In this document: piece by piece, positions 35,217 through 47,200 of the stretch
Position numbering within the stretch: position 1 is the stretch's first letter
How the letters are laid out: every line of letters begins with the position of its first letter
Source: Schmidtea nova
Taxonomy: Eukaryota
Assembly (NCBI GenBank): GCA_044892505.1
Contig: CM097883.1
Location: 45,570,001 to 45,634,000 of the forward strand
Direction: 5' to 3'
DNA: 64,000 bases
Translations under genes and position numbers: made by a program
Notes under the pieces: model-generated
What the model was told of the DNA's origin: nothing
Databases searched by the model: none
The model's input: the letters and a program-made list of their open reading frames with translations, nothing else

Positions 35217-35904
35217 TAGAAATAAAGTTTTGAACAGGTGCAGCTGTTATTGAAATTATGAGGGTTTAAAAATGATTTGGTAAAAATGACCTAAGTAATT
35301 ATGAGCTACTCACGAGTAGTCCGTTAAGCACCCATTGGGGGGAACCAACTGATCAACTCACCCGAGATGTGTAGAAAGGGATCCAATCGCGGATATTGGA
35401 AAGCTCTTGTGATGTGACTGATCACCACATCGTGCATCAGTGGACCAATGCGATCTTTTTATATATTTTAGTTGGGGTGAAAGGTAGGGACAACTTAATG
35501 AGGTGTAGGCGCGCGCAGAGAAAAACTATAAAAATAGGAGGATAAACTGATCAGTAAAGAGAGAGAGAAAGCAATGAAATGAGTAAGATGAATAGCGAAA
35601 CGTGGTATATGATGAAAGGCACGTAATCAGCTCGCATAAGGTAAAATCAAGTAGAAAGGTTGACGAATCGATAATAGAATAAAGGGGTATAACAGATGAA
35701 CCGAGTAAATGGAAAACTCGAGGTTAAAGGAAATCCTTGAAAGAAAGGAAATGATAAAAGGGGTCCTGGAGAGAAAGGATTTGCCCATAGTTCTTGAAAG
35801 ATAGAACTTAACGAAACGCGACAATAGATTCTCCGAAGAAGCATAAGTGACCACTGGGAGGAACATCCCGAAGCAACACATGCAACCACTGAGAGATGAT
35901 ATTT

Positions 35905-36576
35905 CGAGTTTTCGTTCGTGAGCATAGGTCTCATAGTGAGCATAGGTCTCGTCATAAAACATAACATCCTAGTGAGCGTAGGTCTCGTCATAAAACACAA
36001 CACCATAGTGAGCATAGTTCTCGTCCGTAAATATAAATCTTGTAGTGAGCAGAGTTCTCATCAATAAACGTAAGTTCTAACAGCGAACATAGTCCTCATC
36101 AGTGAGCGTAGTTCTCAGCAATAAACATAGTCATCGTAGTGAGCTTAGTTCTCATCAGGAAACATAATTCCTGTAGTCACCATCAGTGAGCATAGTTCTC
36201 ATCGGGGAACATAGTCCCCGGAGCAAAGAGTTTCCATCAGTAAGCAAAACCCTCATAACAACCATGTTTTGCCAGTGAGCATAGTTCTCGTCAGTGAGCA
36301 TAGTTCTCGTTAGTGAGCATAGTTCTCGTCATTGAGCATAGTTCTCGTCAGTGAGCATAGTTCTCGTTAGTGAGCATAGTTCTCGTCATTGAGCATAGTT
36401 CTCGTCATTGAGCATAGTTCTCGTCAGTGAGCATAGTTCTCGTTAGTGAGCATAGTTCTCGTCATTGAGCATAGTTCTCGTCATTGAGCATAGTTCTCGT
36501 CATTGAGCATAGTTCTCGTCATTGAGCATAGTTCTCGTTAGTGAGCATAGTTCTCAGCAGTGAGCATAGTTCTCGT
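35905..36576 (+). repeat. 19-bp tandem array (cagtgagcatagttctcgt), ~16 near-perfect copies at 36273-36576 plus degenerate upstream copies
   Basis: Direct reading. Confidence 0.95.
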
Positions 36577-36899
36577 TCGAAATAAAATATTGAGTAAAAG
36601 CCCACGAGAAAGACGACGAAGTGAGGCAGATGAGGACTAAATTACGTATAAAACTATCCGGATAGTGAAGATCAACAAGCGATAATGGAAATGAATAAGT
36701 GATAATGAGGATAAATGATGAATAGTGAAAATGAATAGCGAATAATGAGGAATAAGGGTTGAAAGAAACCGAATTAATAACGGGAGAGTTGAAGGTGCGC
36801 ACCTGGGTATTGATAAATGCGAGTAAAGCTGATTATGTGGCCTAATGACGTCAAAGTATGCATACAGAGGAGTAGTAAAGTAAAGTGAGTAAGTGAAGG

Positions 36900-37370
36900 G
36901 TGCTGACTGGAAAACCCAGCAGACCATGAAATTCGACGAGAGTAAAATGAAACCGGTTTGTTAAGACAAGTAAAGTGGTAAAGACGCTAGCTGGAAAACC
37001 CAGCAGGTCAAGGATAACGATCAGGAAAGATCGAGAGAACAAAAGTGAGTAACAATAAAGTGGTGAAATTGAGGACACTGACTGGAAGACCCAGCAGGTC
37101 AAAAATGATGATCATCGGAGTAAAGAGCAGTTAAAAGTCGACAGTGAAGAGATAAAGGGTGGATAATAAGAGCGCTGACTGGAAAAACCCAGCAGGCTAA
37201 TGAAACGACAATTGAGGTCGAGAATAATGAAGCAGAAGTAAAAGGTGAGATTAAAAGCGCTGACTGGAAAACCCAGCAGGCTAATGAGATAATGAGTGAT
37301 GTCGAGAGTAATAAAGTCGAGATAAAAGGTGAGATGAAAGGCGCTGATTGGAAAGCCCAACAGGCCAACG
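36900..37370 (+). repeat. Six spaced hairpin repeats (gctgactggaaaacccagcagg), period ~85-95 bp
   Basis: Copies near 36902, 36986, 37076, 37172, 37257 and 37341. Confidence 0.9.
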
Positions 37371-38241
37371 AGAGATGTCAGTTGAATTAAAGGTGAATAG
37401 AGATGAGAATTGAAATGAAGTAGTAAACGTAGTGTGAATAGGAGATAAAGTGAGTAGTCGAAAAACAGAGTAGTCGACAGATAAGGGGAAATTAGAACTC
37501 AGAGCCAGAGAAGCCTGAGAAAAAGTAAAGGGGATAATAAGAGCGCTGAGCGACAAAGTAATTGGGGAACTGGGGAAAAGTAATTGGTGTATTTGATAAA
37601 GAATAGATAATTGATGCGACTGCATAGATAATTTAAATAGACTTAAAATCAAGGGAAATGGGAAAAATGGGGATCTTCATGAATTATGACTACACCCGTG
37701 AGAGGGACGAGAAACACGATAACGGGGACGTATCGTGTAAGTGATTATTTGTTTTAAGGAAACAAATCAATCAAGCAATTCAAAGCAATCTAGCAGTCAG
37801 AGCAATCAAAAGAAACAAATCAAAGAAGAAGCAAAGCAAAAGCGGAGTAGAAAAGCAGTTGAGAATATAAGCAGTTGAGGAATAGACAAAATTGAGGGAC
37901 GAGAAACAAGATCAGGTATAATACCAATCTTAACGGAAGCAGAAAGAAAAGCAGCGAAAAGGACAAGAACAGGTAACAAGCCTAAGCAACAAAAGAACAA
38001 ACAAGTAGAGATCAGCGATAATTCGAGTAATAAAGAGAATCAAGAAGAAACCCCAGAAGATCTAGAAGTACAAAACGAAGTAGAGACGATAGACAGTGAA
38101 CTAGTCAGGGAAAACAGAACAAGAAGCGAATCAAGAGATAACGAAACAGAGAGTAGTGAAGAAGAAGAGTCGAATTCAGAAACAAGTGGTGAACTAGAAG
38201 CAAAGAAAACTAGTACAGTATTCCAAGATAGTGGAATCGGG

Positions 38242-41200
38242 ATGAGTGATCACAGAGAGGATCTAAGAGAAAAATTCAAGGGCGAACCATTCAATGGAGA
38301 CGCCAGTAGATTGGACACGTTCCTGAAGGAATTTGGCATATTCGTGGATATATGCGGATGGAGTGCAGAAACGTTAGCGAATCGAATCCCGCTATACTTG
38401 AAAGATAGCGCATTGGATCTGTATATTGAGAAGAGATCGGGAAGTAATCCACCCAGAACGTGGGAAGCAATCAAGGAGTTCTTCCAACAGACGTTTGGGA
38501 TAAATAAAGTGTTGAACGAAGCGTTCGATGAGTTCTCAGCAAGAAAACAGAGGAGAAACGAGTCAAATGCAGTGTACGCAAGCGAATTAAGAAAGTTGGC
38601 GAAACTGGCATTCAATAGAGGAAGCCCAGTAGACGAAGAATTGATGACAGCGTTATTCGTACGAGGTCTCAGGAGACCTGACATCAGAGCACAAGTGGGA
38701 TGCAAGGGATGTAAAACAGTAGATGAAGCGTTGGAAGCAGCCAACCTATTCGAATTGCATATGGCAATGAATGACATGAGAATTACGGCGGTAATGGGAA
38801 AAACGACAGAAGATGAAGAACAAGGAAAAAGAAACATGAATCAAAGTATCCCCCATTCGCAGAGATTGTTCAAAGAACCGCCAGCGAGGAAAAATAATGG
38901 ATATATCACAGTAAACACGAATGGAGGAAACAGTTACAATGACAGGCAGAATAGGCAATGTCAGACGTGTGGAAAAAACGGACATTGGCAACAAGATTGT
39001 TTTCAGAATGTAGCCTGCAAACTGTGTGGACAAAAAGGTCACTCAGAGAATCGATGTTATGGGAAAACGTGTTACACATGTGGAAAAACCGGACACATGT
39101 CAAAAGACTGTAATCAACAGAGAAGTTGGTCAAACAGTGGAAATAGACCGAATTACGGGAATCGACCAAGCTATGGGAATCAAGGCCAACAACGGAACAA
39201 CCCAAACAGCAGTGCAAACGAAGCTAGTATGAAAGAAGCTAAGTTGAGACAGGAGGTATCCAGATTACACGAGATAATCGAAAGCATGGCAAAGGGAAGC
39301 CAACAAGCTGCTCAACCAAAGATAAACATGATCCAGTTAATAGAAGCTGAGGCCGAAAGAGAAAATAGAGAAAGCCAACAGAAACATAATCAAGAATGGG
39401 CTAGAATACGACGAGAAGAAGAACAAGTCAGACAACAACGGTTACAACAGTTAAAGAAGGGAAATCCAAGGATCAACATGATGCGAGCAATGATGGAAGA
39501 AAAGCAGCAGGATGAGTCAGACGAGTTGGAAGTTAAAGAGAAAAGAAACGAAGAGCAGAAACAAGAAGAAGTGAATCAGGAAGTAGAAGCCGCAGAGCAG
39601 AATCAAAAAGTTGAAGAAGTAGAAAAAGAAACGAATCAAGAAGAAGAAGTGAGAATCAAACAAAGAGGAATGTTAGTGATCATGCCGAATGATCACGTGT
39701 GGCGATTCAAATACGATGTAAAAGAAGAAGTGGGGAAATTATTCAATAAAGTAAATAAGATGATTCCGGGAGTGACGAAACTGCCCAGAGAAGCATTCCT
39801 ACAAACAGAGGATTTGCCAGAAGTAAAATTGAAGATGACTGACACATGGGAAGATATGGGAGTAACAGAGACGAAAATAAACGTGATGATCATCAGAGAG
39901 GTGGAACCGGAGAAAATTCCCCCACCAGTGAAACACCAAACTCGGATCAGTCGAATATTCAAGGGAAAAATAAGACGAAGACGGTTGGAAGAAATAGATG
40001 AGTTAGAGAAAAGAATGGGAAAAGCTGAAGTAACGGGAAACGAAAGTGAACTAACACAGGAAGTTAGCAAAAACGAAGCGAGACCAATCGCGCATATTGG
40101 GATGCTGAGACACCCAAGACAAGAGTTGTCAGATGAAGAAGACGACAGCGAAGTTAGCAGTCTGGCAGGAGACATGCTAAAGGAACCGGAAAATGAGGAC
40201 AAAAAGATGGAAGTAGTCGAGACAATAGAAACAGTGTCGGTAAAGGAAGACGAAATTCAGAAGCTGATGGATAACGCGTTGGAAGTAATCCATAACGAGG
40301 AGTTTATCGACAGTAAACGACACCGAAAGTTCATACGAGCAGTATGGCAAATGAAGTATAAAGAGTGGTTACAAGAAAGAGAAGTGAGAATAATACAAGA
40401 ATTTATTGAGAAGCTTCTAAAAGAACCACTCAACGAATACATAATACAGATATGGATAAACGAGTGTTCACCGAGAATCTGGATAAGGAATCCAATGACG
40501 GATGGAATTTACAGATGGGTTGAAGACAGATTGGGAAGCTCGTACAAAGACAAGTTCATCTATTCGGAAAACGGATTGGTGAAAAAGGGAACGCATATGA
40601 TAGACACAGGCATCTGGCCAGGAGAAATAACAACGTTATCAATATGCAACACCAAAAAGGAAGAGAATCTACAAGGAATCGTCAAAGAAGCGAATACGTG
40701 TTACGAGATGAGAATAAAACCTCAGTTGATAGAGGCAAAAGAGAGAATCTTGGCAGAGAATTTGAATACGATGATAGAACAGATCATCCAACAAATCAAG
40801 AAACATCGAAAGGAATTGACGAAAAGCGAGTATGAGAATTTGAAGCAATGTATCGAGAACATACGAGATACAAGTCAAACGAGACATTCAAATTTCAAGA
40901 CGGACAAGCTAATTGCAAAGATGGGAAAAGAAATGTTTAAAAGAGGGGAAATATCAGATCTGAGGATTACCGTGAGATTACCGAACGAAGAAACAAGACA
41001 AATTGAGGTAATACCAGATAGTAAAGTGGGAGAAATAGTAGATGTCATCAATGAGACGATATTACAACGAGAACGGGAAGATGAATTCGAGGACGACATT
41101 GCGATAAAATACAAAGAACACCTACTGAATGAACGTGACGAAAGACGAGCGTATAAAATCGGCATATGGGATAATTATCAGACAATACATGTCATCAGAA

Positions 41201-44200
41201 TGGATGATGTGCCAAGAGCAACACCAAGAGATGAGGAAAGGAAAAAGAAACGACGAGAGGACGTTATGCGTAAGCTGAGGCAGATAGTAGAAATTTATCG
41301 GAACTGGCAGATGAAGCCAGAATGGGAGACAATATTGGGAGAATTGGATCTTAACAGACGACGATTGACGCCAGTAGAGAAACAATGGGATAACAAAGAG
41401 AAATGTTGGAAAGTGAAAAGAGGCGTGTATGAAGAAGATCCGGAAGGAGAAGACAGATATGAACGGAATACGAAACGGATATGTATGGTAACAAGGAGGA
41501 TATTACCAACGGACTTAGACGGACCAGAAACTGCAGTAATATGGGCAGAATTGGAGAAACAGAAAACGAGTGAATTGATCGAGCTGTTGAGAGGAAATAC
41601 TCGGGGAAAAAGACAAACAATAAAAGGCTTAGCACAATTCATAATCACAAATGGGGAAGACATAACGAACTTGAGAAAAGTAGCTAAAGCGATAGCAGAA
41701 TACAAGAGAGTAAATGAGTGGTGTCCGGAGCAACTAGACGATGTAATAAAAAAGTGGAGAAACAAAGAGTTTGCGGAAGAAACGCCACAGAAAATACATT
41801 TGAGGATAATGTATCCGAATCAAAGAAAAGAAGAGTTTTGGGTGATGCTAACGGAAAAAGTGAAAAGTGTTAAAGAGAAACTGATGTACGAACTACCATT
41901 CCACCTGCAACATCAAGGACGATCGTTGGATAACAATTTGGAAATCTGGCTGACACCAGTGCAATTGGATCTAATGAATACGCTAACAGTGGCACAGATA
42001 GTAGGTCAACCACTGAAGTTTAAAGAGGAAAAGAAAACGAAAGGAAGCATGAGTACACCAAGTCCGAAGAAGTCAACAATGACCCCAGGAACAAGTTCGG
42101 GACAAACAAGGACAACGCCAGTAAAAATCAGAGAGGGAACACCGCCAGAAGCGTATGACGTAGATGAGATACTAACAGACAGTGATGAAGCGATAGAAGA
42201 ATTAACAAAGTTGACTCAAAAACCAACGGCGAATATTTTTGACAGAATAATAGAGATGCCAATAACGTCACCAGCAGAAATCGACGATCAAGGAGTGGAA
42301 CAGGAGGTAGTCATAGAAATGGTAAACGATTCGGAAGACGAGCAAGAACAACCACAGTTTACTCAAGAAATGGAAAGATGGTTAGAACAACGAGCAAACG
42401 AAGGAAGGGATGTTACAGAAGAAACAGGAAGAGCAACGAGATTTGTAGAAACCGGAACTGGAATGGAAAAACGACCAAGAGGAAGACCAAAGATAGATCC
42501 AGCAACAACAATCCCAAAAACAAGGGAAGAAAGGAGACAAGAGCAATGGGAAATTTGCTTGAAGAAACTGGATAAAATCGCAGAGATCCGAGGCAAAGAG
42601 GAGAATCAAGTTTGTCAAGGAGAAGAATGGCTCACCAAAACGATAATGGATGTGTTAGCGATAATTGACCCAGAATTAAAGAATTTGTGGCGGATAAACG
42701 AACCCAGTACAAAGGCAAGGATGCTGCACAATGCGATAACACCAATTATGCCAGAATTAATAAAAGCGAAAACAAAATCAAATCATCTAGATTGGCAAGG
42801 AACCACGATGTTAATAAAAAGGCTACTTAACGGAGCAGAAACGGACAGCAAATATATGGTAGCAATCTCGTATACGATATACAATTTGCTAACGCTAAGC
42901 CGAGGAAGTCCGAAGTCAAGTCCGATGGGAAGACATATTAAAAATACGGCGATGATTATCGAGAAAGAAATTGAACCATATATCCTCAGAAAAGGAGGAT
43001 GGGAAAAGTTCATAAAAGAGAACCAGACAAAAGAGGGTTCAAACGTGATGAGAAAGAAACTTGAAGGAGTATTGAGAGAAATGGAGAATAGACAAACGAT
43101 GCAAGAAAACGGAAGATCGACGTTGAATTTAAACTCGATAATCATGATGATGTTAGTATGGTTGTTAAGCACGGAAGGTGTAACAACATTTGAGGTATTT
43201 GATTGTGATCAAATGAAGTTAGGAGAAAAGTACTCATTGAGAGGTACGGAGCAATGCAAAGATGCAACTCCAGTAGAATTGAAAGAGATCAAAAAGGAAC
43301 AATGGTACCACTTGTATCAAGAGGCAGAACTAATAAAGACAATGGTGAATGAATGCAAAGTGCAAAAGACGAGATTCGCATTCTATTGTGGGAGAGGACA
43401 TTATTCAGCAATTGTCATGCCAGGAACGGAAAGAGAACCAATCGTGTTGCAAGGGGAAGACTGCGAAGCATTATTTAAACATGGAGAAGTAACAACAAGA
43501 GATAAAATCAAGATAAAAGGAAAACCAGGAATGATGTTACAGCAGACGTATTATGTAGCAGGACGAATTACGGGAGGAGAAGGATATTGTCAAGGGGAAA
43601 CCTACCCAATATTCGGAGCACCTGCAACCAACTTAGTGGTGATGGATACGTACATAGTCGAACTGAAAAGCTACGAAGCATTCTTCGAACCGACAACCGG
43701 AGAAATGAAAACGTTATCCATGTGTAAAATTGACAGAAGCATGTGTCAAACGGGAATGTCAACATTGGTGTATAAACCGAAAGTGAACGAATGTCAATTA
43801 CAACTGCTACAAGGAGCAAAGTTCGACGAAATTCAAGGAAAAACCTTCCAAGAAGAAGACGATGATGACAAAGCTAGAGCAAAACATCTCAAAGAAGCGT
43901 TAGAGAACAAAAGACAACTGAAATCAGAGCAGAGAGAAAAACGGATAGAGATGAGAACCACACCAACAGTGTTGATAACCACAAACCAGGATGTGGGAAT
44001 GAGATTCATAAAAGGGAAAGCAACCCTTAAGTGCAGTACAACAGTATACGAAACGAACTATCCAGGAATATACGTGTCAAAGCAGGAAGTACCGAATGCG
44101 AAACCCAAGATCGACACAATGGATATCAAGCTACACTTGTATGTGAATAATAAAATGGACTTCTTATTCCATAGAGGACAAGCCTCGTTGCAAAAAGTGT

Positions 44201-47200
44201 ACTATGATCTGATAAACAACGATTGTATACTGAACCGGGAAATATTAAAGACAAAGTTGGCCGTAGCGATTACGAATCCAGATAGCGCGATGCCATTATT
44301 ACCACTGAGAGAAGGACATTTCGGAAGAGTGGTCGGAGAAGCAATGTACGTATACATTTGCGAAAAGACACACGCATCGCTAGCAGCAACAACGCAGTTG
44401 AAACCTGGACAATGTACAAACGAACTAGAAATCGATTATAAAGGAAAAGTACGATACGTTCAACCGGTGACGAGAATCATCAATCCACCAGGGTTTGAAC
44501 CAAATCCATTCAACTGTAGTAACGCGTACGGACCGCTTTATCAGAAACCAGATGGTAAATGGGTTATGTTCCCAGGAAGAACCGAAGTATTAGCACCAAG
44601 AGAATTTGAGCTAATGCAGTTGTCAAAAGATAGACAGTTCAGCGACGTAGATGTCTCAAACAACGGAATCTATAGTCCAAAAGATTTAGAAGCAGCAAGG
44701 CAGAATATATTATTCCCGGCAAGAAGAGAAGCATTACTGTCAAATATCGTAACGATAACGGGAGGAACGAATTATCGAGAAGGACCGAATTACGAACTGC
44801 TGTTGTCACCGGCACATTTCAAGAAAGCCACAGAAAACATGATGAAGGCAATGTGGGGAAGATTCCTGATATTTGGACAAATGATGGCTGGAATACTGGG
44901 TGTTATATTGATAATACAAATCGTCAGGGTGATAATAACGCAAATGTTAGCGTGTTTTGATATCTACAAGAGAGAGAAGAAAGTGAATTGGAAAATGGTA
45001 GTAGGGTTTTTACCATTTCTTGCGAAAACAATGGTGTTACACGGACACTCAAAAGACATACATCGAATAAAGAGGTTGTTGAAGATACTTGCAAAAATGA
45101 AAGGAACTAACGAAGATGTCGGAAGGAAATTCAAAAAGATAATGCAAGATGAACAAGCAAGGCGACAACTAAAGAAAGAAAGGAAAGGATTATGGGAAAG
45201 AGTGAGAGGATATCGAACGCAAGATGACTCAAGCAATGATGATGATGACGATGACGATCGAGGAGGACAAGCGAATATAAACCAGATTCCACAGTATAAC
45301 GAAAAGAGCACAGTTGAGAATTGGAGATACAGCGCTCCACCTCAATCAATGTACAACGAACCTATATACAAAGCGAAGCCGAATATGATGCAGATGATGC
45401 CGATGACAAGTAGATACCCGATAATTCCAGAAGACTGCAAAGTAAAACGAGGTGGAAGTGTAAACTCGTTAGAAGACACGCACACGATAGCAGTTATGTC
45501 CACAAATATGGGACCCATCTTAACAACAACCGTAGAAATAAACGGAAGAGAAATTGAAGCTATGATCGATACAGGCGCGAATATTTCGGCGATCGACATT
45601 AATTATATACCAGAGAAAAATCAAGGAGAAATCGAGAAGACGAATGTGCATGTAATCGCGTGCAGTCAAGAGACAGTAGAAGTAGCCGGAAGATGGTTTG
45701 TAAAAATTAAGCATCGAGGTGCAGAAATCAACACGTACATCGCTGTAATACCATCGCTGAGTGTACCATGTATTATTGGAACTGACCTGATGCCAGACCT
45801 GTTCAAGGAAATCGTAATTGATCTAGGAGCAATGAAGTTAAAAGATAGGACAGGGAAAATCTGCAGAATGAAAGTTAAAGTGGCAAGTGCGGAACAAATA
45901 GTAGTGCCAGCGAGGCACGAAATGATGTGCTACGTCAAGATCGATTCGACAATAAAAGGAGATATGGTATTCGAACCAAGTAAGAAGTTCGAAGCAAAGA
46001 AAGAATTACCAATGGCAAGAGAATTGGTTACGATAAACCAAGAAGGTGAGATACCAATTAATCTGGTAAATTTCGACGAAGAGGACAAGATAATATACGA
46101 GAATGAGAATTTGGGTAAATTGACACCCATGTCCGAAATCGAAATACCAGACAAGAACGAGAAAAGCAAAGACGAATTACCATGGAAAATCGACAGTGTG
46201 TTGTTAGACGAACGACAAAAAGAACAGTTACAGAAACTGTTGATGGAATATAAAGATATATTCGCAACATCAGATCTAGATTTGGGAACATGTGATGTAA
46301 CATTGCACACGATACCGTTGACGGACGAAACGCCAATAGCATTAAGACCATATAAACTGGCAGAAGCTCAAAAAGCAGTGGCAGAAGAAGAAGTACAAAA
46401 GATGTTAGATGCAGAAGTCATCGAACCTAGTTGCTCACCCTGGCAATTCCCAGTGGTGATGGTGAAAAAGAAGGATGGAACTCAGAGATTCTGTATCGAT
46501 TACAGACGATTAAATGCCGTTACGAAAAGAGATACGTACCCACTGCCAGACATAAACGAAATGTTGTTGACGTTACAAGGAGCAGCCTATTTCACGTCAC
46601 TGGATTTAAAGAGCGGATATTGGCAGATCAAAATGAAAGACGAGGATAAAGAGAAGACAGCATTTACAATCGGACGAGATCTGTACCAATTCAAGAAAAT
46701 GCCGTTTGGGTTAACAAACGCGCCAGCATCATTCCAGAGATGCATGAATTTCGTAACACATGGCATAAAACAATGCATGGTGTACATTGACGATCTATTG
46801 ATCTACTCCGCAACATTCGAAGATCACTTGCAAGACATCAGAAACGTGTTCGTGAAATTAAGGCAATGGAAACTGAAATTGAAGCCGTCAAAGTGCGATT
46901 GGGCAAAAGAAAAAGTGACATTCTTAGGTCACATTGTGTCAGCGAAAGGAAAAGAACCAGATCCAAGGAATATCGAAAAAGTCAAAGAATGTCCACCACC
47001 AAAGACAGTGACTCAAATACAAGAATTTTTGGGATTGTGTGGATATTATCGAAAGTTTATCAAGGACTATGCAGGAATATCAAAGCCAATGCAAGAATTG
47101 GTAAGACAAGACGTGTCGTTTGTGTGGGGAGAAGAGCAACAAGCAGCATTTGAAACATTACGAGATAAGCTGATTACAGCACCAATATTGGCCCATCCAG

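Noticed and set aside
35905-37370. CRISPR-like appearance of the 19-bp array and the spaced hairpin repeats
   Set aside because: The first has no spacers; the second has related, variable-length spacers; eukaryotic retroelement context and no cas genes.
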